From Mobula hypostoma (lineage: Eukaryota), in the NCBI RefSeq assembly GCF_963921235.1, contig NC_086105.1, positions 27,590,001-27,654,000 of the forward strand: a DNA stretch of 64,000 nucleotides, read 5' to 3'. Of this stretch, positions 13,163 to 25,851 are shown piece by piece. Both the position numbers and the translations under genes were made by a program. Every line of letters begins with the position of its first letter. Positions within the stretch are counted from its first letter, which is position 1. The notes beneath the pieces were generated by a model. It was given only the letters and a program-made list of their open reading frames with translations, had not been told where the DNA came from and made no database searches.

Positions 13163-13341
13163 CAAACAAGAGAGAATCTGCAGACACACAAAATGCTAGA
13201 GGAATCCTTCGATGGATTTCGGCACGAAACGTCTACTGTACTTCTTTCCGTAGATGCTGGCTGGCCTGGGAAGTTTCTCCAGCACTTTGTGTGTGTGTGT
13301 GTGCGTGCGTGCGTGCGTGTGTGTGTGTGTGCGTGTGTTGC
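13163..13341. mobile_element. Short PLE fold-back insertion with 14-bp TSD; terminus expanded into a (GT)n microsatellite (~13288-13338)
   Basis: TSD aaggcaagatatct (13149-13162) / aaggaaagatatct (13342-13355), one mismatch; tail gagaatctgcag on the left; decayed ribozyme cggcacgaaacgtctactg. Confidence 0.7.
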
Positions 13342-16300
13342 AAGGAAAGATATCTGTTCCCTTAAGATGTGAAAGACGATTTTGATTTTAAATTCCAAGC
13401 AGAAAGGACACCACGTCATCCATCACGTTCTCTGCAAAGTGATGTATTGTCAGCCTGGATCATGATCTTAACTATATGAAACCCCAACGTGTCAGATGTG
13501 AGGAGATAATTTATCTAAGGCAGATCTCTGGGAATTGATCATGGGTCAAAGACCTGAAAGTCTAAATATATTCCGTCTGATTATTTTTAACATTTTCTGT
13601 TTAATCTCTGAAAGCATTATGTTTTTCCTGCCTAGTATTTTGTTAACTCCAACAATGTTACATGTATATGTTTAACTGCGTGCAAATACTTAGCAACTCG
13701 CCTTCAGTTAAATTCAGTCTGTTAAACCATCACCTTACTGCCGTTTTGCATATTTTGCTTAATGTCAAAGCAAGAATTGATCAACAGGAAAACGTTAGCT
13801 TCAAATGGAATGAGCTCTCCGTGGTCCTGAAGAATTATTGTGAAAACTGGGTGAAAATCCTGACATAATTTCCAAGGACGGCTGAAATAGTTTCATATTG
13901 AAAAGAGAAAGCTTTGAACAGACAGAATCTGGTGTTTTGTTTTATTTCTAAATGAGTAGACTACATTGCTGAAACAAATATGTTTTAAAATAAAAAAACT
14001 TTAACAAATCTAGAAGAAAATCACATGACAATCTTCCCACGTGACTGTTTTCTACGCAGGGGGAGGAAAAACGGCGCTTTGGCTAGGATACCCCGACATC
14101 TTGTTTCAATCCAGAGTAACAGCCTTACGGTACGGGTAACTCACGGGGGTGTCGAGCGTCCAGAGCAGGTATGCAATCCCGGTAAACTGGGGTTGTAGTA
14201 GTAGTGTTTGAACAAACATTTCAATCTGGGCAGATTGCTACAATTTGAGCCATTTTACTAAGGGACCAGAAGTGTCGCGTTTCTCTAGTTTAACAAAGAA
14301 ATATGCTGAGCAAGTTGGGGGAACAATTTTGCTCTTTTTATTCTTTCTAAACTGTAAACGGAACGACGATAGGTTCTTGCAGGAGGCAGTTGCCTCTCCG
14401 TGCGAAGAATCACGAAATAAAAACAGTACAGAACGCTTTAGTTACGAGGAATCCTTCGGGTGAGAGGTTTTGAACAATAGTAATCGGTTAGGATGAAATA
14501 TCGTATTGGATCTGATAACAGTTGCTGCAGATCAGCGGGTCAGAGCTCGCTGACTGATCTGCCAATTCTCTGCATCTCTCAATCAGTCTGTGTTGCTCTG
14601 ACTCACTAGGAGAACGTGATCTCGAAGTTGTAATTTCCACTCCCGCAGTTTCATGTCTTTCTTCTTCCGCCTCCCAGGTCCTGGACTTCAGCTCTCTCGA
14701 GGTTACAGCTACTGTACCGTCAAGAACTTGGGCCATAAAAGGCACCTGAAACCAGATTTCCACGAGCAAGACTGATCACGTTAACCCAGGAGTTTTTAAT
14801 ACGGATCTAGGAGTCTTTAATATGGATGCGATTTTCCTCGTTTAGTAGCATCTTTGGCGGAAATAGCAGAGAAAAGGTATTCTGATGAGTTTAGAACGAG
14901 ACTGCTTCTTCAAAAGCAGAAGACAATGCCCGCAAATAAACAGAAACAGGATTTTTAACAATTCTAAAACTATATTGAAACATCGTGGGGTCTTCAGTTT
15001 ACCAGGTAAGGGAAAACAATGAATCAGCACACATTTACATCTGCGATCATTGTTTACATGTGTTGAAAGATCTGTTGTGTTATTGCCAACAACTCTTTTT
15101 AACTAGTTACACGGTAATATTGTGTCGATGTACATATCCGGTTCGGCTATTTAGCTAATGATTTACTTTGAATGTTTATACCGAGGGACTTGTTAATCAT
15201 CCGTCTTGTGATTTGTTCCAGACGCTGCATGCAAACGTTCCTCTCCTGGAGGTATTTTTTTCAATAAAGAGATGTTCAGGTGATACAACAGACCTTATCA
15301 CATCAATAAATTGATTTATAAGGAATGTGACAGAACTGCAGTAACTATCGTCCTCGCAATTTAAAAATTGCTTATGTGAATCAATAATTGTACATCTTAT
15401 TGGAACAAGGTTTATAATATTAAGGATTTGATGTTGAATTACAAATAATTATTTGGTGAATGTGTTCTTAAAGCGTCACGTTATGGCATCTGCAGTCCAG
15501 AAGGTTATATCGCAGTTTGGTTTGTGTTAATTGATCTACCAGATGGACCTCGCCTCCAGTGTCTCTGCGGCTTTTTCATGTCTTAAAATAATTTCATTTT
15601 CAACTCCATACCTCATCAAAATAACTGATAGCAGCTTCAAAGTTATTCTTTTGAACTCTCCCCTATCCAACATAGTTTAACCTATGCAATATTCTTCAAT
15701 ACTGTAACTTCTTCTTTTCAATATCTTAGTACTTTTCTGTGTTGTTTTTGACCATGGCTTACATTCTTGAACCTGCTGGTAATTGTTTTCTCTTTACTGG
15801 TCTGTCGAAACCCTTGGGTTTCCTTTAGCTATTTATTTTCAGCTATTGTATCATTTATAGAGGAATTTGCCATCCTATTTGATTGGTATTTACAGTACTT
15901 TACATTTGTTCAAATTAAATGTCTTATACTACTGGACCCGCTCATCTACTTTTGTCTAAACCAATTCTGTTGTTCCAAAGGAGTTGTGACGCTAATCAGA
16001 ATTTAGCAAATTAGAAAAACTGAGTTCCTGCACTGCTTACACAATGCCTTCTTCATTATAACTCATCTGATCAGTATGTCTTGTTCTTGCCCTTAAAACA
16101 ATTACCCTTTTCCAAATGTTACCCCGAATCTTAGAATCTTGCATCTAGCAACAGTTTACACTTCTTTATAGCATTACAAATGCATAACCTTCCAGATAGA
16201 TAGATTATGCAAACATATTGGCTGCTGTTTGTCAAGTTTATTCTGTAGTCATAATGCATATAACAGAGCCGACTTATGATTCAAAACATTCAAATTTTAT

Positions 16301-16349
16301 TACATATTACTTTTTTGCTGTTGTGCAGAAAACCTTTACATTTGTAGTA

Positions 16350-18885
16350 TGAAACTATAGAAACCATAGAAACTACAGCACAAAAACAGGCCTTTTGGCC
16401 CTTCTTGGCTGTGCCGAACCATTTTCTGCCTAGTCCCACTGACCTGCACACGGACCATATCCCTCCATACACCTCCCATCCATGTATCTGTCCAATTTAT
16501 TCTTAAATGTTAAAAAAGAACCTGCATTTACCACCTCGTCTGGCAGCTCATTCCATACTCCCACCACTCTCTGTGTGAAGAAGCCCCCCCTAATGTTCCC
16601 TTTAAACTTTTCCTCCTCACCCTTAACCCATGTCTTCTGGTTTTTTTCTCCCCTTGCCTCAGTGGAAAAAGCCTGCTTGCATTCACTCTATCTATACCCA
16701 TCATAATTTTATATACCTCTATCAAATCTCCCCTCATTCTTCTACGCTCCAGGGAATAAAGTCCTAACCTATTCAACCTTTCTCTGTAACTGAGATTCTC
16801 AAGTCCCGGCAACATCCTTGTAAACCTTGTCTGCACTCTTTCAATCTTAATTATATCCTTCCTGCCTCACCAATGCCTTATACAACCTCATCATAACATT
16901 CCAGCTCTTATACTCAATACTTTGATTAATAAAGGCCAATGTACCAAAAGCTCTCTTTACAACCCTATCTACCTGTGACACCACTTTTAGGGAATTTTGT
17001 ATCTTTATTCCCAGATCCCTCTGTTCCACTGCACTCCTCAGTGCCTTACCATTAACCCTGTATGTTTTACCTTGGTTTGTCCTTCCAACATGCAATACCT
17101 CACACTTGTCTGTATTAAACTCCATCTGCTACTTTTCAGCCCATTTTTCCAGCTGGTCCAAGTCCCTCTGCAGGCTCGGAAAACCTTTCTCACTGTCTAC
17201 TACACCTCCAATCTTTGTATCATCGGCAAATTTGCTGATCCAATTTACCACATTATCATCCAGATCATTGATATAGATGACAAATAACAATGGACCCTGC
17301 ACTGATCCCTGTGGCACACCACTAGTCACAGGCCTCCACTCGGAGAAGCAATTCTCTACTACCACTCTTTGGCTTCTTCCATTGAGCCAATGTCTAATCC
17401 AATTTACTACCTCTCCATGTATACCTAGCGACTGAATTTTCCTAACTAACCTCCCATGCGGGACCTTGTCAAAGGCCTTACTGAAGTCCATGTAGACAAT
17501 ATCCATTGTCTTCCCTTCATCCACTTTCCTGGTAACCTCCTCGAAAAACTCCAATAGATTGGTCAAACATGACCTACCACGCACAAAGCCATGTTGACTC
17601 TCCCTAATAAGTCCCTGTCTATCCAAATGCTTGTAGATTCTGTGTCTTAGTACTCTCTCCAATAACTTACCTACTACCGACGTTAAACTTACTGGCCTAT
17701 AATTTCTTTTCGATCACTTTTCGATCCTTTTTTAAACAATGGAACAACATGAGCCACTCTCCAATCCTCCGGCACCTCACCTGTAGACAGCGACATTTTA
17801 AATATTTCTGCCAGGGCCCCTGCAATTTCAACACTAGTCTCCTTCAAGGTCTGAGGGAACACCCTGTCAGTTCCCAGGGATTTATCCACTTTAATTTTCC
17901 TCAAGACAGCAAGGACCTCCTCCTTTTCGATCTGTACAGTTTCCATGATCTCACTACTTGTTTTCCTTAATTCCATAGACTTCATGCCAGTTTCCTTAGT
18001 AAATACAGACACAAAAAACCTATTTAAGATCTCCCCCATTTCCTTTGGTTCCGCACATAGCCGGCCACTCTGATCTTCAGGAGGACCAATTTTATCCCTT
18101 ATAATCCTTTTGCTCTTAATATACCTGTAAAAGCTCTTTGGATTATCCTTCACTTTGACTGCCAAGGCAACCTCATGTCTTCTTTTAGCCCTCCTGATTT
18201 CTTTCTTAAGTATTTTCTTGCACTTCTTATACTCCTCAAGCACCTTATTTACTCCCTGCTTCCTATACATGTCATACAACTCCCTCTTCTTCTTTATCAG
18301 AGTTGCAATATCCCTTGAGAACCAAGGTTCCTTATTCCTATTCACTTTGCCTTTAATCCTGACAGGAACATACAAATTCTGCACTCTCAAAATTTCTCTT
18401 TTGAAGGCTTCCCACCTACCGATCACATCCTTGCCAGAGAACAACCTGTCCCAATCCATGGTTTTTAGATCCTTTCTCATTTCTTCAAATTTGGCCTTCT
18501 TCCAGTTCAGAACCTCAACCCTAGGACCAGATCTATCCTTGTCCATGATCAAGTTGAAACTAATGGTGTTATGATCACTGGAACCAAAGTGCTCCCCTAC
18601 CCAGACTTCTGTCACTTGTCCTAACTCGTTTCCTAACAGGAGATCCAATATTGCATCCCCTCTAGTTGGTCCCTCTATATATTGATTTAGAAAACTTTCC
18701 TGAACACATTTTACAAACTCTAAACCATCTAGACCCCTAACAGTATGGGAGACCCAATCAATATATGGAAAATTAAAATCCCCTACCACCACAACTTTAT
18801 GTTTCCTGCAGTTGCCTGCTATCTCTCTGCAGATTTGCTGTTCCAATTCTCGTTGACTATTGGGTGGTCTGTAATACAATCCCAC
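16350..18885 (-). mobile_element. CR1 LINE, 5'-truncated, APE + RT with frameshifts
   Basis: ORFs 17689-18885 (YYRPP, GDFN, SDH endonuclease motifs), 17129-17662 (QHGF, GVPQGS, YIND, FADD) and downstream pieces; (TTTCTA)-like 3' tail at ~16350. Confidence 0.96.
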
Positions 18886-20638
18886 CTTCTCACTTCTTAA
18901 ATTATTGTTCTTTGAAGCTACTTTAATTTCATAGTGTTACGGTGGTACTCTCACTTTAGTTTTGAGATATAGAAAGGGTTGAGATTATTAAGACACATCT
19001 GACAGCAGCAAACTAAGAAAGTAGAGGAAGTACAATGCATAATTGAACGTGAAACAATTGACACATGGGGAAGATCTAAGCCATGTCTTCCAACTTGTCC
19101 TTCTACAGTAACTGCATAATCATCTAACAATTCATGCTATATAAAATAAACAGTTTCACGTGTTTTCACTAGAGGAAAGATTGAATTTAAAATATTTACT
19201 ATTTCTAACTAATATTCCAGATCACTTTATCTAAAGATACATTTTTTTTCTAAATTACATACTCCAGATGTAAAAGTGATTGCTGCTGGACTATTTTTCC
19301 CACATTGCCATCCACTTTTTTTATTGATGCTGAAAGAGAAAGCTGTAATTAGTTAGAAAAACTTTGATTTCCTCTTAAGCTGGTTATTTATTCTCACCTG
19401 GAAGATCATGGAGATTATCAGAAACCTAGTTTATCGATGTAAGAATTTTAAATGTTTCTTGTTATGCAATAATGAGGTCAGATGACACTGCTGTCCGTCA
19501 AATAAACACTTTATTCAGGGAGGCTGGATTTAGCAATTTACATCAAAAAGTGCTACTGTGAAAGGAAAGAAAAAAGAACAGTAATGTTAAAAATCAAAAA
19601 TGAACAATATGGCAAAAAGGTTTTTTAAAAAAAGTGTATCTGAGACATGATTGTCCACACTTCAGGTATTGTCAGTTCTATCAGGTGAAACACATATAAC
19701 TAATTTATGGACAGGTATTGGCCTCTGCCTAACTTCTTGGAAAGCCCTAGTAATTGAATGATGACTTATGGCTGCCACCTGTCAATCCTGGCTGCACTGG
19801 ACACATGAAAACAATGTACTCAGATAATAAGACACTAATTCAGGTCAACTAATGGTACTATTGTTTTAGATGCCAAAGGGTATCATCAGATCCCAGACTT
19901 TGTTGAAGAAATGGCTTGGGTTTTGTGCTGAGTGGAATTGAATTGCGGTAGAAAAATTAAAGTGCCTGGTTACTCTATAAAACTAGCACCCAATCTTTTT
20001 AATGCTACCCTTTGAGATGTTTGATGAATTGATAGTGATCTTTTCAGATGGACAGAATGCAATTTAATGCTGGTTTTCTATGTAGAGTCTGAAAAGGATG
20101 GTTAATGTAATAAGTATTAAGCTTTGCATTATCCAGTGGAATAGCTGCACTGCCAATGTAGTGTTGATGAATAACGATTACTATTGGAATGATTGAAAAC
20201 CACGTAATTTAGTTTAAGTGCACATTACTTCAGACAAAAGTTGTCACGAAATGTTAAACAAATCTCATGAAGAAATCTCCAAAAAGACTTCCAAACACAC
20301 AGTAGATTAATTTCAGCCAATTGAAAGTCACATTTAAAAATAAAAATCTCAAGACCTATATACTATCTCGAAACCCTGAAAACCTTTGTGCTGATACATA
20401 TGTTATTAACATATTTCAAGTATATATTTAAGGTAACTTACTGCAAATATTAGTGAAAGATTTCTGAGGGAAAGCAATTTGTTTGCACTTTACTTCTGCT
20501 ATCTCCACTGATTAGTGAAGGATGCTGGTGATCAATTGGCACCTTGATTTTCAAAATGTCTTTGGATTGAGGGGGACTTATTTGCATGTGGGAGGTTGTC
20601 ATTTTGTTTCCAGTGCAGCCAGGATTGAAAATGACCAT

Positions 20639-20868
20639 AATAGAAACATAGAAACATAGAAAATAGGTGCAGGAGTAGGCCATTCGGCCCTTCGAGCCTG
20701 CACCGCCATTTATTATGATCATGGCTGATCATCCAACTCAGAACCCCGCTCCAGCCTTCCCTCCATACCCCCTGACCCCCGTAGCCACAAGGGCCATATC
20801 TAACTCCCTCTTAAATATAGCCAATGAACTGGCCTCAACTGTTTCCTGTGGCAGAGAATTCCACAGAT
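20639..20868 (-). mobile_element. CR1 3' tail fragment
   Basis: (atagaaac)n tail plus gtgcaggagtaggccattcggcccttcgagcc, the reverse of the tails at ~39380 and ~60020. Confidence 0.85.
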
Positions 20869-20942
20869 GGTCAATAATTAATTTCAGCTGCCCACTATTT
20901 ATAGTTTTAGTAAATATGCTATATGCAGTCGCAGTTTAAAGA

Positions 20943-21306
20943 TGTCACGGTGGTACATACAACTAATACAGCTGCTGCTTCATAGTGCCAGAATTATGGT
21001 TTAGTACTGACTTCTGTGTGCTCTCCCTGATACTATGTGGATATTCTCTGGACAGACCAGTTTTCTCTGGACAGACCAGTTTTCTCCCACATTCCAACCA
21101 CATGCAGGTTGGTAGTTTAATTAGCCAGTAAAAATTGTCCCATGTATGAAGGGAAGTGATTAGATTTGGGGAGCAGCGATGAGAATATGGGGAGAACAAA
21201 AATGAGATTAATATGGGATTAAGGACTTCGGAAAAGATGACTGATTGTTGGTATGGATTCAGTGGGGAAAAGGATCCGTTTGTGTTGCATGTCTCTGACT
21301 CTATGA
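20943..21306 (+). mobile_element. Degraded tRNA-derived V-SINE (shark/ray HE1-like) with CR1-type tail
   Basis: V-core-like ttttctcccacattccaaccacatgcaggttggtagtttaattagcc...aaattgtccc; internal 19-nt tandem duplication ttctctggacagaccagtt. Confidence 0.6.
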
Positions 21307-21349
21307 GGATGACTGGGAAAATATTCTGAAAAATAGTATTTATATTAAT

Positions 21350-21680
21350 GCAGGCAGGGATGAGGTTTTGCACATTGGGAGGACAAATCAGGGTAAGACT
21401 TACATAGTAAATGGTGGTGCTGTGAGGTGTGCCATAGAAGAAAGGGATGTGGGAATACAGATCCATAATTCCCTGAAAGTGGCATCACAGGTAGATAGGC
21501 TCATAAAGAGATTTTCGGCACATTGGCCTTTGTAAATCAGGGCATTGAGTACAGGAGTTGGGATGTTGTGTTGATATTGTACGAGACATTGGTGAGGCTG
21601 ATTTTAATGTATTGTGTGCAGTTCTGGTCACCTACCTAAGAAAGGTATCAATAAGCTTGAAAGAGTGTAGAAAAAAATTA
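21350..21680 (+). mobile_element. CR1 RT fragment
   Basis: gattttcggcacattggcctttgtaaatcag...tattgtgtgcagttctggtcacc (YCVQFWSP). Confidence 0.8.
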
Positions 21681-21716
21681 GACAAGATCATAAAACATAG
21701 AGAAGAATTGGGCCTC

Positions 21717-22124
21717 TCATAGTCATAGTCATACTTTATTGATCCCGGGGGAAATTGTTTTTTGTTACAGTTGCACCATAAATAATTAAATAGTAATAAA
21801 ACCATAAATAGTTAAATAGTAATATGTAAATTATGCCAGGAAATAAGTCCAGGACCAGCCTATTGGCTCAGGGTGTCTGACCCTTCAAGGGAGGAGTTGT
21901 AAAGTTTGATGGCCACAGGCAGGAATGACTTCCTATGACGCTCTGTGTTACATCTCGGTGGAATGAGTCTCTGGCTGAATGTACTCCTGTGCCCACCCAG
22001 TACATTATGCAGTGGATGGGAGACATTGTCCAGGATGGCATGCAACTTGGACAGCATCCTCTTTTCAGACACCACCGTCAGAGAGTCCAGTTCCATCCCC
22101 ACAACATCACTGGCCTTACGAATG
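21717..22124 (-). mobile_element. Rex1/Babar 3' fragment nested in CR1 tail
   Basis: ORF end ILDNVSHPLH...TERHRKSFLPVAIKLYN; (CTATGA)n tail. Confidence 0.85.
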
Positions 22125-23053
22125 ACTCAGCCCTTTGAGTCTGCTCTGCCATTCCATCATTGCTGATTTATAATCTCTCTCCACTCCATTCTCCTGCCAT
22201 CTCCACATTACCTTTGACAGCCTGACTATTCAAGAACCTACCAACCTCTGCTTTAAATATGTGCAATGACTTGGCCTCCACAGCCAACTGTGGCAGCAGA
22301 TTCCACAGATTCACCACCCGCTGGCTAAAGTAGTTCCTTCTTATCTCTGTTCTAAAGGGATGTTCCTCTATTCTGAGGCTATGCCCTCTGGTCCTAGACT
22401 CACCCACTATTGGAAACATTCTCTTCACAACCACTGATCTAGGCCTTTCAATATTTGTTAAGTTTCTATGGCATCCTCCCCCTATTCTTCTAAACACCAA
22501 CAAATACAAATCACGAGCCATCAAACGCTACTCATATGTCAACCCTTTCATTCCCAGAATCATTCTCATGAACCTCTTCTGGACTGTCTCCATGTTGGCA
22601 CAGCTTTTCTCAGATAAGGGGCCCCAAACTGCTCACAATACTCCAAGTGCAGACTGACCAATGCTTTATAGAGCCTCAGCATCAAATCCTTACTCTTACA
22701 TTCTAGTTGCCTCGAAATGAATGCTAAAATTGCATTTGCTTTCCTTACCACCAACACAGTCTGCCCATGGACTCCCAAGTCCCTTTGCACCTCTGATTTT
22801 TCCCTAATTTAGAAAGTAGTCTCTGCCTTTATTTCTTCTAACATTGTGCATGACCATACATTTCCCTACACTATATTCCATCTGCCACTTCTTTGCCCAT
22901 TCTCCCAATCTGTCTTTATGCAGACTCCTTGCTTCCTCAACACTACCTACCTTTCCACCTATCTTTGTATCATCTGCAAATCTGGCCAAAAAGTCATCAA
23001 TTCCATCAAAAATCATTATCTATAACATGAAAGGAAGAAGTCCCAATACTGAA

Positions 23054-23193
23054 CTCGAGAAAATCTGCAGATGCTTGAAATCCAAGCAAAATACACAAAA
23101 TGCTGGTGGAACGCAGCAGGCCAGGCAGCATCTATAGGAAGAAGTACCTATAGATGCTGCCTGGTCTGCTGCATTCCACCAGCATTTTGTGTG
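23054..23193. mobile_element. 140-bp PLE fold-back insertion with 15-bp TSD
   Basis: TSD agtcccaatactgaa at 23039-23053 and 23194-23208; 46-bp inverted arms 23093-23138 / 23147-23192; 39-nt tail on the left only. Confidence 0.9.
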
Positions 23194-24267
23194 AGTCCCA
23201 ATACTGAATCCTGTGGAACAGCACTAGACACTGGCAGCCAGCCAGAATAGGCCCCTTTTATTCCAACTCTTTACCTTCTGCCAGTCTGCCAATCTTCTAT
23301 CTATGTGAGTATCTTTCCTGTAATTCTATTGGCTCTTGTTAAGCAGCCTCATGTGTGGAACCTTGTCAAAGGCCTACTGAAAATCCAAGTAAATAAAACT
23401 TGGATTTACTGACTCTCCTTTGTCTACCCTGCCTGTGATTTCCCCAAAGAATTTCAACAGAATTGTCAGACAAGGTTTTCCCTTAAGGAAATCATGCTGT
23501 TTTTGACGTACTTTATCATGTGTCTCCAAGTACCCCAGAACCTCATCCTTAATAATGGATTCCACCATCTTCCCAACCACTGAAGTCAGGTTAACTGACC
23601 TATAATTTCCTTTCTTCTGTATTTCTCCCTTCTTGAAGAGTGGAGTGACATTTGCAATTTTTCAGTCCTCTGGAATCATTCCAGAATCTAGCGGTTCTTG
23701 AAAAATCATTACTAATGCTTCCACAATCTCTTCAACTACCTCTTTCAGAAGCCTGAGATGTAGTCCATCTGGTCCAGTTGACTTATTTACCTTTAGACCT
23801 TTCAGCTTTCCAAGCACCTTCTCCTTAGTAATAGCAACTACACTCACTTCTGACCCCTGACACTCTCGAACTTCTGGCATACTGCTAGTGTCTTCAATAG
23901 TGAAGATTGATGCAAAATACTTATTAATTTCATCTGACATTTCTTTGTCCCCTATTACTACCACTTCAATATCATTTTCCAGAAGTCCAATATCCACTCC
24001 TGCCTCTCTCTTGCTCTTTATTGATCTGAAAAAGAAACTTTTGGTATCCTTTTTGATATTATTGGCTAACCTACCTTCATATTTCAACTTTTCTTCTTAA
24101 TTTTTTTAGTTGCCTTCAGTTGGTTTTTTAAAACTTCCCAATCCCTTAATGCCCCACTGATTTTGACTATATCATACACCCTCTCTTCTACTTTTATGCT
24201 GTCTTTGACTTCCCTAGTCAGCCACAGTTTCCTCATTCTCTTTTTAGAATACTTCATCTTTGGAATA

Positions 24268-25851
24268 CAGTAGTATGCAAAAGTTTGGGCACCCCAGTCA
24301 AAATTTCTGTTACTGTGAATAGCTAAGCGAGTAAAAGATGAACTGATTTCTAAAAGGCATAAAGTTAAAGATGACATGTTTCTTTAATATTTTAAGCAAG
24401 GTTACTTTTTTATTTCCATCTTTTATACAGTTCCAAAATAACAAAAAAAGAAAAAGCCCAAAGCAAAAGTTTGGGCACCCTGTATGGTCAGTACTTAGTA
24501 ACACCCCCTTTGGCAAGTATCACAGCTTGTAAACGCTTTTTGTAGCCAGCTAAGAGTCTTTCAATTCTTGTTTGGGGGATTTTCGCCCATTCTTCCTTGC
24601 AAAAGGCTCCTAGTTCTGTGAGATTCTTGGAATACCTTACATGCACTGCTCTTTTGAGGTCTATCTACAGATTTTCGATGATGTTTAGGTCGGGGGACTG
24701 TGAGGGCCATGGCAAAACCTTCAGCTTGTGCCTCTTGAGGTAGTCCATTGTGGATTTTGAGGTGTGTTTAGGATTAGTATCCTGTTGTAGAAGCCGTCCT
24801 CTTTTCATCTTCAGCTTTTTTACAGACAGTGTGATGTTTGCTTCCAAAATTTGCTGGTATCTAATTGAATGTATTCTTCCCTCTACCAGTGAAATGTTCC
24901 CCATGCCACTGGCTGCAACACAAGCTCAAAGCATGATCGATCCACCCTTGTACTCTTAACAGTGGAGAGGTGTTCTTTTCATGAAATTCTGCACCCTTTT
25001 TTCTCCAAACATACCTTTGCTCATTGCAGCCAAAAAGTTCTATTTTAACTTCATCAGTCCACAGGACTTGTTTCCAAAATGCATCAGGCTTGTTTAGATG
25101 CTCCTTTGCAAACTTGTGATGCTGAATTTTGTGGTGAGGATGCAGGAAAGGTTTTCTTCTGATGACAGTAGAACAGTGCACCACCACTCCAGAGTCTGCT
25201 TAATCCTCCTGAAGGTCTTTTGCAGTCAAACAGGGGTTTCGATTTGCCTTTCTAGCCATCCTACGAGCAGTTCTCTCGGAAAGTTTTCTTGGTCTTCCAG
25301 ACCTCAACTTGACCTCCAGCATTCCTGTTAACTACCATTTCTTAATTACATTACGAACTGAGGAAACGGCTACCTGAAAACATTTTGGTATCTTCTTATA
25401 GCCTTCTCCTGCTTTGTGGGCATCATTTATTTTAATTTTCAGAGTGCTAGGCAGCTGCTTAGAGGATCCCATGGCTGGTGATTGTTGGAACAAGGTTTGA
25501 GGAGTCAAGGTATTTATAAAGCTTTGAAATTTGCATCATCTGGCCTTTCCTAACAATGACTGTGAACAAACCATAGCCCTAACAAGCTAATTAAGGTCTG
25601 AGACCTTGGTAAAAGTTATCTGAGAGCTCAAATCTCTTGGGGTGCCCAAACTTTTGCATGGTGCTCCTTTCCTTTTTTTCACTCTAAAATTGTACAGAAC
25701 AAAAATAATACACTAATCTTGCTTAAAAATTTGAAAAGAATGTTTCACCTTTAACTTTATGACTTTTGGACATCAGTTCATCTTCTACTCACTTAACTAT
25801 TCACAGTAACAGAAATTTTGACCAGGGTGCCCAAACTTTTGTATGCCACTG
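24268..25851 (-). mobile_element. Tc1-family DNA transposon (DD34E, IR/DR ends), defective transposase
   Basis: TA at both flanks; ~213-bp TIRs starting CAGT(A/G)G..T.CAAAAGTTTGGGCACCC with an inner repeat; WTDE...QQD-34aa-E (SPDLNIIENL); frameshifts and deletion. Confidence 0.95.

Noticed and set aside
14488-14769. 93-aa minus-strand ORF in the CpG-retaining zone
   Set aside because: Non-ATG start, no recognisable domain, no resemblance to CDKN1B or other expected neighbours.
10700-15500. CDKN1B coding sequence expected from synteny
   Set aside because: No CDI-domain motif (RNLFG, KWNFDF) seen in the ORF track or by eye; probably outside the window.
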